Positions 1-8,289 of a DNA stretch of 14,899 bases are shown piece by piece. The stretch is from assembly GCA_029974275.1 (NCBI GenBank), contig JARKSN010000192.1, positions 1 through 14,899 on the forward strand, in the 5' to 3' direction. A model generated the notes under the pieces. The model worked only from the letters and a program-made list of their open reading frames with translations. It was not told the origin of the DNA and ran no database searches. The stretch comes from Candidatus Hydrogenedentota bacterium (lineage in GTDB: Bacteria; Hydrogenedentota; Hydrogenedentia; Hydrogenedentales; SLHB01). The first letter of the stretch is position 1; every line of letters starts with the position of its first letter. A program made the translations under genes and the position numbers.

Positions 1-1
1 C

Positions 2-106
2 GTGAATACGGCGGTCGTCGGCACGTATACGGTGAAGTATTCGGTCAAGGACGCATCCAACAACGCGGCAACGACCCTGACAAGGACGGTCAAAGTCATC
101 CTCTGA
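2..106 (+). CDS. 3' end of an Ig-like domain protein (DUF5011/HYR-like), partial
   Basis: Frame +2 reads VNTAVVGTYTVKYSVKDASNNAATTLTRTVKVIL* (TGA 104-106). This fits the 'V(D/N)T..GTYTV.Y.V.D.SGN.A...TRTV.V' pattern of DUF5011-type Ig domains. Confidence 0.85.
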   Translation: MNTAVVGTYTVKYSVKDASNNAATTLTRTVKVIL

Positions 107-151
107 CCCGTAAGGAGCGTCGTTCGCGGGACACTGCGCCAACGTGCAGGA

Positions 152-334
152 AGTGCTTTTCGGGCCAAACTCGGCGGGCAGGTCTTTCCATGTAGCGCCG
201 TTACCAAGCATCCCCAAAATGCCGCGCAAGGTTCTTCGCTTATCGGCGGGTGACCGCCCGCCCAGTGGATTGCACGGCGGATCGGGTATCCGCTCGGCCA
301 GCCCATCGAGTTGTTCGTCTGTGCGTTGTAGCAT
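152..334 (-). pseudogene. IS5-family transposase N-terminal fragment (DUF4096-like), truncated
   Basis: Hand translation from ATG 334 gives MLQRTDEQLDGLAERIPDPPCNPLGGRSPADKRRTLRGILGMLGNGATWKDLPAEFGPKST, matching the 'LTDEQW...P....GGRP..D.R..L.GI.W.L..G..W.DLP..FG..ST' signature. Similarity stops at about 152 and there is no DDE domain. Confidence 0.85.
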
Positions 335-382
335 CTACATACTACTAATGTATCACCAAATAGGTTTCGGGATAGCTTCTAG
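328..382 (-). mobile_element. IS5-family left end, copy 1
   Basis: Minus strand reads CTAGAAGCTATCCCGAAACC...GATGCTAC, directly upstream of the transposase ATG. It is 47/55 identical to 8122-8176 and similarity ends sharply at CTAG, a typical IS5-family target/end context. Confidence 0.75.
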
Positions 383-826
383 TCCCCTGGTATCGCTAAT
401 CTACTCATTTTTTCGCCGGAACGCGTGAACTTGCTACCCAGTCTTCCAGCAGTCTCGATAATCGCACGGGCAAACTAATCTGTCGTGGCGTGGCTCGTAA
501 TTCAGTCATCGTGCTTCCGAACGAGCCAACCGAAGAAGTTGTTGCAAAGCGTAACGATTTTAATCATTACGAAAGCCTGTCCAACAGATGCTGTAACTTC
601 AATGGCAACAGGGACGTATGATGAAATGCGAGGCGCCGGAGATTTTCCAAAGCCAGAACGGACGCTCGAGTCAGGTGCGTGAAATGGCGCGCGTTGATTT
701 GTTTCTTTCGGTGGCATGGGAAACGCCTCGGCCCCCGTATTTGCGCAGATTCTGCGTTATATTGCCTCTCGTTCTTTCAAATATATTCATATTTGTATGA
801 AACGCGTCGTTTATTGCGCAATTATC

Positions 827-855
827 TTGACCCAGGAAGGATTCTGAGGTAGGAT
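827..855 (+). promoter_or_regulatory. Putative sigma70 promoter of the TPR-ABC operon
   Basis: TTGACC (827-832), 17-bp spacer, TAGGAT (850-855). RBS GGAGGT at 878-883 precedes ATG 889. Confidence 0.6.
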
Positions 856-888
856 ATCCGTCTTGAAGCTTAGGACTGGAGGTGTTCC

Positions 889-3800
889 ATGCGCAACAAC
901 GGCACGCTGATTTCCGTCTCCTTACTTTTGTCAGTTCTCGCTTTTTGTCTCCCCGCTATGGGATCGGGGGTACAACTGTATGAGCAAGAGATCACTCTGC
1001 CCACCTACCCGCTAGACGAGCCGGAGAAGTGTCCCATCTTCTACACGGGCCGGGTTTCCCAAGGCGCAAAGGGCCCCATCTATCCGTATCCGCTCCTAAA
1101 CAGGATTTCTGACAAGCGGACGGACAGAACATACAAAGCCGTCTACCTGGAAAATGAGTACCTGAAGATTTGCGTTTTGCCGGAGATTGGGGGGCGGTTG
1201 TTCTCGGGCTTGGACAAGACCAATGGCTACAATTTCTTTTACCAGCAGCACGTGATCAAACCGGCGCTGATCGGCATGTTGGGGGCATGGGTGTCGGGAG
1301 GCATCGAGTGGAACGTGCCGCACCATCACCGAGCGTCCACGTTTATGCCGGTGGACTATCGCCTCGAAGAGCGCCCTGACGGCAGCAAGACGGTATGGGT
1401 CGGCGAAGTCGAGCCGCGCCATCGCATGCGCTGGCTGGTTGGGTTGACGCTGCACCCCGGCAAGTCCTACGTCGAGATGACCGGGCGCGTGCTGAATCGC
1501 ACTCCCTTGGCGCATTCGTTCCTGTTTTGGGCGAATGTGGCCGTCCACGCGAACGACGAGTACCAGGTGATTTTCCCCCCGGCGACGGAGTATGCCACGC
1601 ACCACAACAAGGATCAGTTTGTCTCTTGGCCGGTGGCGCGCGAAATCTACGGTAGACAAGATTACCGGAAGGGCGTGGATATCTCGTGGTGGAAGAACAT
1701 CCCGGTTCCCTCGTCGTTTTTTGCCTGGAACTATGACGACGACTTCATCGCGGGGTACGACCATGGGGTGGACGCGGGCGTCGTAAGTTTGGCCGATCAC
1801 CATGTGGCGCCGGGCAAAAAGGCCTGGGTGTGGGGGAAGAACGACCAGGCCGCGATGTGGGACAAGATTCTCACCGACAGCGACGGTCCGTATATCGAGC
1901 TGATGACGGGGGCCTATTCGGACAATCAGCCGGACTACTCGTGGTGTCTGCCGTACGATACGAAATCGACCTCTTTCTACTGGTACCCCATCCGTGGCAT
2001 CCAAGGACTCAAGAACGCCAATCTGAACGGCGCGGCCAATCTGGAGTTGTCCCCGGACGGCACGCTTCGATTCGGCTTCAACACGACACAGGCGCACGCG
2101 GCGGCGAAAGTGACTGTGCATGCGTCGGGCAAGAAGGTGTACGAGACGAACTGCGACATCGCGCCGGACCGGCCTTTCGCGCATAAACTGCGTCTGAGGC
2201 GCGGCGTCAAGGCGGAGGACGTGGTGATCGTGCTGCGCGACTCGGCCGACAAGGAACTGGTGCGTTATCAGCCCGCCCCGAAAGCCAACGCTCCTATGCC
2301 TCAACCCGCGCAAAAGCCGCTCAAGCCGGAAGAGATTCAGACGGTGGAAGAGCTGTTCTTGACCGGTCAATGGCTCGAACAGTTCCACAATGCGGCTATC
2401 GACCCGAACCTGTACTACGAGGAGGCGCTCAAGCGCGATCCCGGCGATCTTCGCACGAACATCCAGATGGGCGCGCAGTACATCAAGAAGGGGTTGTACG
2501 AGAAGGCGGAAGCCTGCCTGCGCAAGGCGATCGAGCGGGCCGCCAAGAACTATACGACGCCCAAGGACGGCGAGCCGTACTACTATCTTGGCGTGGCATT
2601 GCGCTACCAGGACCGACGTAAGGAAGCTTACGATGCGTTCGGCCGGGCGGCGTTGTCTCATCCCTGGTTTTCGGCCTCGCGTCTCAACATGGCCGAACTT
2701 GATGCGCTCGACGGCCGCTATACGCTTGCGCTCGAGCGCGCCGATCAGTCGCTTGCGGTCAATGCGCAAAACGTGAAAGCATTGAGTCTAAAGACCTCGG
2801 TGCTCCGGCGTTTGGGCAAGAAGGACGAGGCGATCGCCGCGGCGAATTCCGCGCGCGCGCTGGACCCACTGGATTTTCGCGCCGCAAGCGAACTGCGCCT
2901 GCTGTGCGGGGACGCGCCGTGGGCCGCGGAGTTCAAGGCGTTGTTGCGCGACGACGTGCGCAACTACCTTGAACTCGCAAGCGACTACGCCAGCGGCGGG
3001 TTCTATGACGACGCGATCGGCGTGCTGACCCAGGCGGCCGAATTCAGTCGGTACCCGATGGTCTATTACGATCTGGGTTATTATGAAGAATGCCGCGGGG
3101 CGCTCGACAAAGCCAGGGAGTATTACGACAAGGCCGCGTCCATGCCCGAGGACTACTGCTTCCCGTATCAGTTGGAGTCCATCCGGGTCCTGGAATCGGC
3201 GTTGACGCAGCGCCCCAAAGACGCCAAGGGCCATTACTATCTTGGCAATTTGCTGTACGATCATCAGCCCGAAGAGGCTGTGCGGCTTTGGGAAAAGGCG
3301 GTTGCCCTCGACGATTCTCTTGCGATTGCGCACCGGAACTTGGGGTTCGCGCACTCGCGGCAGAAAGGCTCGCTGCAAAAAGCCATCGCCCACATGGAGA
3401 AGGCCGTCCAACACGACCGAACGTCCGCGCGGTATTTTTTTGAGTTGGACGTCTTGGAGGAAACGGCCAAGAAGCCGGCCGAAGACCGCTTGAAGCGGCT
3501 CGAGGCGAACCAAGGGGCCCTCGAACAGTGGGATAACGCCCTCGCCCGGGAAATCACCCTGTGGGTGTTGGTGGGTAAGTATGATGCGGCGCTTCAAGCC
3601 CTCGAGACCCGCCGGTTCCTGGTGTGGGAAGGCGGCGCGTCGATGCATGCGGCGTTTGTGGACGCCCACTTGTTGCGCGGCAAGAAGTGGCTTGCGGCAG
3701 GCGATCCGGGTCAGGCCCTCAAAGACTTCGAGGCGGCGCTAACCTACCCCGAGAACCTTGGTCATGGGCGTCCCGCGAACGGCGGGACCGAACCGGCGGT

Positions 3801-4203
3801 GCACTACGCACTGGGACTGGCGTACGAGGCCCTAGGCGACGCGAAAAACGCCGCCTCACATTTCCAGACCTGCGTGGAATACGAAAAGGAACTGTCCGAA
3901 CGGGCATACTATCAGGCGCTCGCACATCGCAAGCTGGGGGCCAACGACAAGGCCGACGCGCTGCTCGCGGAACTGGAGAGTTCGGCAAAGGCTAGCGCGG
4001 AATCCGCCGGGGGCGTGGACGTCTTCGCGAAGTTCGGCGAGAAAGAAGGCGCCGAAAAGAAATTGGCGCATTATGCATATCTCAAAGGATTGAGTTATCT
4101 TGGACGCGGCAACAGGGACCAAGCGAAAACTGTCTTTGAAGAAGCGCGGAAATTGGACCCGAGCCATTTGGGGGCCCGCACGGAGTTGGCCGGACTGAAC
4201 TGA
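889..4203 (+). CDS. Exported DUF5107-domain and tetratricopeptide-repeat protein (YphG-like)
   Basis: 1104 aa with a hydrophobic N-terminal signal peptide. DUF5107-type motifs LPTY, IYPYP, LENEYLKICVLPEIGGR, VIKPALIG..GAW.SGGIEWN.P.HHR, PGKK.W.WG and LTDSDGPYIELM.G.YSDNQPD. The C-terminal part, from about aa 490, is TPR-rich (e.g. YYYLGVAL, YYLGNLLY, AHRNLG, HYALGLAYEALGD). Confidence 0.92.
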   Translation: MRNNGTLISVSLLLSVLAFCLPAMGSGVQLYEQEITLPTYPLDEPEKCPIFYTGRVSQGAKGPIYPYPLLNRISDKRTDRTYKAVYLENEYLKICVLPEIGGRLFSGLDKTNGYNFFYQQHVIKPALIGMLGAWVSGGIEWNVPHHHRASTFMPVDYRLEERPDGSKTVWVGEVEPRHRMRWLVGLTLHPGKSYVEMTGRVLNRTPLAHSFLFWANVAVHANDEYQVIFPPATEYATHHNKDQFVSWPVAREIYGRQDYRKGVDISWWKNIPVPSSFFAWNYDDDFIAGYDHGVDAGVVSLADHHVAPGKKAWVWGKNDQAAMWDKILTDSDGPYIELMTGAYSDNQPDYSWCLPYDTKSTSFYWYPIRGIQGLKNANLNGAANLELSPDGTLRFGFNTTQAHAAAKVTVHASGKKVYETNCDIAPDRPFAHKLRLRRGVKAEDVVIVLRDSADKELVRYQPAPKANAPMPQPAQKPLKPEEIQTVEELFLTGQWLEQFHNAAIDPNLYYEEALKRDPGDLRTNIQMGAQYIKKGLYEKAEACLRKAIERAAKNYTTPKDGEPYYYLGVALRYQDRRKEAYDAFGRAALSHPWFSASRLNMAELDALDGRYTLALERADQSLAVNAQNVKALSLKTSVLRRLGKKDEAIAAANSARALDPLDFRAASELRLLCGDAPWAAEFKALLRDDVRNYLELASDYASGGFYDDAIGVLTQAAEFSRYPMVYYDLGYYEECRGALDKAREYYDKAASMPEDYCFPYQLESIRVLESALTQRPKDAKGHYYLGNLLYDHQPEEAVRLWEKAVALDDSLAIAHRNLGFAHSRQKGSLQKAIAHMEKAVQHDRTSARYFFELDVLEETAKKPAEDRLKRLEANQGALEQWDNALAREITLWVLVGKYDAALQALETRRFLVWEGGASMHAAFVDAHLLRGKKWLAAGDPGQALKDFEAALTYPENLGHGRPANGGTEPAVHYALGLAYEALGDAKNAASHFQTCVEYEKELSERAYYQALAHRKLGANDKADALLAELESSAKASAESAGGVDVFAKFGEKEGAEKKLAHYAYLKGLSYLGRGNRDQAKTVFEEARKLDPSHLGARTELAGLN

Positions 4204-4274
4204 CCGCAAGGCACAACACGCGCGAGCGCGGGCGGCTACGCATGCGGAGCAAAAGGCCTCGCGCGGAGGAGAGT

Positions 4275-5336
4275 ATGGACCGGGAAGAGGGGGTGAAAAG
4301 CGGCGGCCGATATTTGCGGCGATTGCTGTTGCTTCAGCAATCGGGGCTGGTGCTGGTGATCCTGCTGCTGGGAACGTTGCTGTCGGCATTGGCCGGGACG
4401 CATCCCGACCGTTTGACCGGCCGCGAAGTGAACAACTTCCTCAACTCGTACACGCTCATGCAGACAGGAACCGACGCGAGTTTCTTCGCGATCATGGCGG
4501 TTGGGGCCACGGTCGTGATCATCTCCGGCGGCATTGATCTATCGGTTGGCAGCATCTACGCGCTCGCCGGGGTTTTCATGGCCATGGCGATGCAACATCT
4601 GTCTGGGTACAGTCCGACGGTCCAAGTCTTGGCGGGGCTCGGGCTCTGCGTGGGCATCGGCGTGTCGTGCGGACTGGCCAATGGCCTCATGATCGTCGGC
4701 CTGCGGGTGCATCCGTTCGTGATTACGCTGGGCATGATGTGGGTGTTTCGTGGCGTCGCCTTCGTGGCCAGCAAAGCGAAGAGCATCCTCGTGCCTGGGC
4801 CGTTGACAGACACGGTGAAGGCAAGCTTCGGGCTGAGCGAGTCTTTGTACCCGGTCCCGCTGCTCGTTATGTTCGCGGTGACGATCATCGGAGCCGTGTA
4901 CCTCTCCAAGACTACCATGGGCCGTCATGTGTACGCCGTAGGTGGCAACCCCGAGGCGAGCCGCTACGCCGCGCTGCGCATCGGGCGCGTGTTGGTCGGG
5001 GTCTACGCGGTATCGGGACTGTGCGCGGGCATCGCGGCTTTCCTAGGCAGCAGTTTCTACGGTTCCGCATCCTGCGCCGACGCGACGGGCTACGAGTTGT
5101 ACGTGATCGCGGCGGCGGTGGTGGGCGGGGCGAGTTTGGCGGGCGGACGCGGCAGCGCGATCAATGCGATGTTGGGGGCGCTGCTGATCATCCTAATCCG
5201 GCAGTCCATCCGCACTTTGCGATTTGACCAGAATTACGAGTGGATTATCATTGGATGGGCCATAATTGTCGCCGTGGTGCTGGACCGCCTGAGTGCGCGG
5301 TTGGCGCAGCGGCGCTTGGCCCGCGGCGGCGCATGA
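4275..5336 (+). CDS. Monosaccharide ABC transporter permease (RbsC-like, BPD_transp_2)
   Basis: Motifs VIISGGIDLSVGS, PFVITLG, GRHVYAVGGNPEASR and GYELYVIAAAVVGGASLAGG.G. Start placed at ATG 4275 because of RBS GGAGGAG at 4265-4271 (the track starts at 4242). Confidence 0.93.
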   Translation: MDREEGVKSGGRYLRRLLLLQQSGLVLVILLLGTLLSALAGTHPDRLTGREVNNFLNSYTLMQTGTDASFFAIMAVGATVVIISGGIDLSVGSIYALAGVFMAMAMQHLSGYSPTVQVLAGLGLCVGIGVSCGLANGLMIVGLRVHPFVITLGMMWVFRGVAFVASKAKSILVPGPLTDTVKASFGLSESLYPVPLLVMFAVTIIGAVYLSKTTMGRHVYAVGGNPEASRYAALRIGRVLVGVYAVSGLCAGIAAFLGSSFYGSASCADATGYELYVIAAAVVGGASLAGGRGSAINAMLGALLIILIRQSIRTLRFDQNYEWIIIGWAIIVAVVLDRLSARLAQRRLARGGA

Positions 5337-5380
5337 CCGCCGACGCAACGGCAGTCACTACATCAAGGAGGGAGCGTACA

Positions 5381-6427
5381 ATGCGCGCATGGACGAACGG
5401 AACCCTGTGTTTGCTGGCGAGCCTCGCCATGGCGGCCGCACTTGCGGGCTGCGGCTCCAAGCCTTCCGCGAACGAAAGTCCGGATACGGCCAAACAAACG
5501 CCTTCATCCGATGTTTTTACGATAGCGATGGTGGCCAAGAGTTCGACGAACCCTGTTTTCCTCTCGGCCCGAACCGGCGCCGAGGCTGCCGCCGCCGATT
5601 TGTCGGCGAAGACGGGCAAGAAGATTGTCATCGATTGGCGAACTCCGCCGACCGAAGACGGCCAACTTCAGGCGCAACGCATCGCCCAAGCGGTCAATGA
5701 AGGCGCTGACGCGGTGCTTGTCTCATGCTCGGATGCGGCCAAGTTGGTGGGCGCCATCAACGACGCGGCCGCGCGGGGCGTGCCCGTGATGACGTTCGAC
5801 AGCGACGCCCCTGATTCACGGCGCTTTGCCTTCTATGGCGTCGACGATTTGCAGACCGGCCAAGCGGTAATGCGGGAACTGGCTGCGCAATTAGGGGGCA
5901 AGGGGAAAGTGGCGATTCTGGCGGGCAACCAGAATGCTCCCAACTTGCGTACGCGGGTGGAGGGGGTGAATCAGGAGGCCGCCAAGTATCCGGAGATCGG
6001 AATCGTCGGAACCTTCTATCACACCGAGACGCCCCAGGACGCCGCAGCGGAAGTTATTCGCGTGATGAATGCGTATCCGGAAATCACCGGCTGGGCCATG
6101 ATTGGCGGCTGGCCGCTGTTCACCACCACGTTGCTCACCGATCTCGGCTCCGGCCGTGTCAAAGTGGTGGCCGTGGATGCGCTTCCGGCGGAGTTGCCCT
6201 ACGTCGAGGCAGGCATTGCACCGGTGCTCTTGGCCCAGCCCACCTACAAATGGGGCTACGTGTCGGTGGAGAAGATCGTCGACAAGGCGCTGCTGGGCAA
6301 AGAAGTTCCCGAGATCAATCCCATGGAACTCGTGAAAGTGACCAAGGAGAATCTCGGAGAGTGGGCGCGCCAACTTGTCGCATGGGGTTTCGACGATGTT
6401 CCCCAGAAATACCTCGACATGAAATAG
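5381..6427 (+). CDS. Sugar ABC transporter substrate-binding lipoprotein (Peripla_BP_4/RbsB-like)
   Basis: RBS AGGAGG precedes ATG 5381. Lipobox LAG-C. Motifs KSSTNPVF, GVPVMTFDSD, AILAG..NAPNL..R..G and VVAVD...E....GI...L.Q. Confidence 0.93.
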   Translation: MRAWTNGTLCLLASLAMAAALAGCGSKPSANESPDTAKQTPSSDVFTIAMVAKSSTNPVFLSARTGAEAAAADLSAKTGKKIVIDWRTPPTEDGQLQAQRIAQAVNEGADAVLVSCSDAAKLVGAINDAAARGVPVMTFDSDAPDSRRFAFYGVDDLQTGQAVMRELAAQLGGKGKVAILAGNQNAPNLRTRVEGVNQEAAKYPEIGIVGTFYHTETPQDAAAEVIRVMNAYPEITGWAMIGGWPLFTTTLLTDLGSGRVKVVAVDALPAELPYVEAGIAPVLLAQPTYKWGYVSVEKIVDKALLGKEVPEINPMELVKVTKENLGEWARQLVAWGFDDVPQKYLDMK

Positions 6428-6430
6428 CCG

Positions 6431-7930
6431 ATGGACGCCACGTCCACCATATTGCGGTGCGAAGACATCTCTAAGTCCTTCCCCGGCGTGCACGCGCTGC
6501 GCGGCATCAGCCTCGCGGTGGAACGGGGCTCATGCCACGCCCTGGTAGGCGAGAACGGCGCAGGCAAGAGCACCTTGGGCAAGATTCTGGCTGGACTCTA
6601 TTCGCCGGAACGTGGCCACATCATGCTCGAGGATAAGCCGGTTCGTTTCTCCAGTCCGGCGGACGCCATGAAGGCGGGCGTGGCGATGGTGCATCAGGAA
6701 TTGCTCTTCTGCGAGAACCTCAGCGTGGCGGAGAATCTATGCATGGGCGAACTGCCGCGTTGGGGACGCATCTTTGTGCGGCAAGACGAAATGATCCGGC
6801 GTGCGCGAACTTGGCTGGCCCAGATCGGCGCCCAGATCGATCCGCGACGAATCATCGGCGAACTGCCGGTGAGCCAGCAGCAGTTGGTTCAAATCGCCGC
6901 CGCCGTCGGCCGCGGCGCCCGGATTCTGGTGTTCGATGAACCGACCAGCAGCCTATCCCAACCCGAGAGTGAGCGGCTGTTTTCCCGGATTCAGGATCTT
7001 CGTGCACAAGGCGTGACCATTCTGTACATTTCCCATCGCCTCGAAGAGATTTTCCGCCTATGCGACACGATCAGCGTGTTGCGTGACGGCGAACGCATCG
7101 CCACCCGCCCCGCTGCGGCATACGACCGGGATGCGTTGGTTCGAGACATGATAGGCCGTTCGGTCAGCGAATATTTTCCGGGGCACATTGAAACGACGCG
7201 TGGCAAAGAAATCCTGCGGGTTGAGGAACTGAGCAGCCCCGCGAAATTCTCCGGCGTCTCATTTACTGTTCACGCCGGTGAAGTTCTTGGATTGGCGGGT
7301 CTTGTTGGCGCGGGGCGGACCGAGGTGGCCGAGGCGCTGTTCGGGCTCGACCCGATGGCGAGAGGCCGCGTCTACGTTCGGGGCGATCGTCTTGCGCTTG
7401 GAAGCCCGGAACACGCCATGGCGCTGGGACTAGGGCTCGCGCCCGAAGACCGCAAACGCCACGGTCTTGTGCTCTCGATGAACGCACGAGAGAATATCTC
7501 GCTTCCCATTCTGAAGCGGCTGAGCCGTTTCGGCTGGGTGTGCTCCAAAGACGAGCGCGGGCTGGCCGAGAAGTATTTTGCGCGCCTAAAGGTGCGGGCG
7601 CCCGGCATCGAAGCGGGCGCGGAAGGACTATCGGGCGGCAACCAGCAAAAACTCGTCATCGCCCGCTGGATGGCCGCGCGCTGTGGCGTATTGCTGGTGG
7701 ACGAACCCACCCGCGGCGTGGACGTCGGAGCCAAAGCCGAAATTCATGGACTAATAGACGAAATGGTCCGGGAAGGTGCGGGCGTTTTGCTCATATCGAG
7801 CGAACTTCCCGAACTCATCAACCTGGCGACGCGCGTGATTGTGATGCGCGCCGGGCGCATCGCCGGAGAAGTGTCGCGCAAAGAGTCTACCCAGGAGAAT
7901 CTCATGCGGCTCATGGCAGGCCTCGCATAG
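6431..7930 (+). CDS. Monosaccharide ABC transporter ATP-binding protein (RbsA-like, two fused NBDs)
   Basis: KSFPGVHAL, Walker A GENGAGKST, DEPTSSL, YISHRLEE, GLVGAGRTE, PEDRK, LSGGNQQK, DEPTRGVDVGAK. Confidence 0.96.
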   Translation: MDATSTILRCEDISKSFPGVHALRGISLAVERGSCHALVGENGAGKSTLGKILAGLYSPERGHIMLEDKPVRFSSPADAMKAGVAMVHQELLFCENLSVAENLCMGELPRWGRIFVRQDEMIRRARTWLAQIGAQIDPRRIIGELPVSQQQLVQIAAAVGRGARILVFDEPTSSLSQPESERLFSRIQDLRAQGVTILYISHRLEEIFRLCDTISVLRDGERIATRPAAAYDRDALVRDMIGRSVSEYFPGHIETTRGKEILRVEELSSPAKFSGVSFTVHAGEVLGLAGLVGAGRTEVAEALFGLDPMARGRVYVRGDRLALGSPEHAMALGLGLAPEDRKRHGLVLSMNARENISLPILKRLSRFGWVCSKDERGLAEKYFARLKVRAPGIEAGAEGLSGGNQQKLVIARWMAARCGVLLVDEPTRGVDVGAKAEIHGLIDEMVREGAGVLLISSELPELINLATRVIVMRAGRIAGEVSRKESTQENLMRLMAGLA

Positions 7931-7981
7931 CCCACCAAGCAGATCGCGCCCCGCTATGAACCCGCAGGCCGCAGCAACGCA

Positions 7982-8108
7982 GAGAGACAACTCCACCAAC
8001 TCCTCCCCGACCACTGGAAACGAGACATCCTCCCCACCCTCGACGCCCCGCACCGCATCTAACCCCCGTGTCCCGCCTGCAAGCACACGCCGTTCACCGG
8101 ACGGTTAC
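7982..8108 (+). mobile_element. IS66-family right-end remnant (transposase C-terminal tail plus terminal inverted repeat)
   Basis: Reads ERQLHQLLPDHWKRDILPTLDAPHRI* (TAA 8060-8062), the 'L..LLP..W' tail of IS66 transposases. It is followed by GTTCACCGGACGGTTAC (8092-8108), whose reverse complement GTAACCGTCCGGTGAAC is an IS66-type IR. Left boundary is approximate. Confidence 0.8.
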
Positions 8109-8121
8109 CATCCAATCGGCC

Positions 8122-8176
8122 GTAGCATATACATATGACTAATGTATTATCGAAAAGGTTTCGAGATAGCTTCTAG
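8122..8176 (-). mobile_element. IS5-family left end, copy 2 (transposase lost)
   Basis: 47/55 identical to 328-382 in the same orientation. It includes the transposase ATG CTA start (8128), but the frame stops after 7 codons inside the IS66 IR. Confidence 0.75.
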
Positions 8177-8190
8177 GGTATGTTCAGTAG

Positions 8191-8259
8191 ATGGACGTCC
8201 GCGAATCGATTCAAGAGACGCTGGACTGGATGACCAAACACAGGGTGATCAGGCGATGA
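8191..8259 (+). pseudogene. Orphan 22-codon gene tail homologous to 14310-14378
   Basis: MDVRESIQETLDWMTKHRVIRR* versus VDVRESLRETLEWMTEGGQLRR*: 13/22 aa identical, same stop position. Confidence 0.6.
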
Positions 8260-8289
8260 TTGTCTCAATAGACGCCACTTCGGCTGGGG

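Noticed and set aside
328..382. 55-bp repeat read as a CRISPR repeat, att site or ncRNA
   Set aside because: There are only two copies, 7.8 kb apart, with no spacers, cas genes, integrase or tRNA. Its position directly before a transposase start explains it as an IS end.
144..428. 94-aa plus-strand ORF
   Set aside because: It is antisense to the IS5 transposase fragment and IS end, and has no recognisable motifs.
383..826. Riboswitch, ncRNA or small genes (485-682, 502-717, 618-800) in the long leader
   Set aside because: No recognisable riboswitch consensus. The short ORFs overlap each other and lack motifs or clear RBSs. An Rfam search would be needed to exclude an RNA fully.
1096..3669. 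Long minus-strand ORFs (557 aa and 293 aa)
   Set aside because: Antisense shadows of the GC-rich DUF5107/TPR gene, Arg/Val/Leu-rich with no domain motifs.
5240..5380. N-terminal extension of the binding protein (starts at 5240 or 5333)
   Set aside because: 5240 overlaps the permease. ATG 5381 has a strong RBS and gives a normal-length lipoprotein signal. The ATGA overlap at 5333 cannot be fully excluded.
7928..8062. Stop-codon readthrough of the ATPase into an in-frame 43-codon extension
   Set aside because: The ATPase is complete at the usual C-terminus (LMRLMAG). The extension is an IS66 tail, and sharing a frame is a 1-in-3 coincidence.
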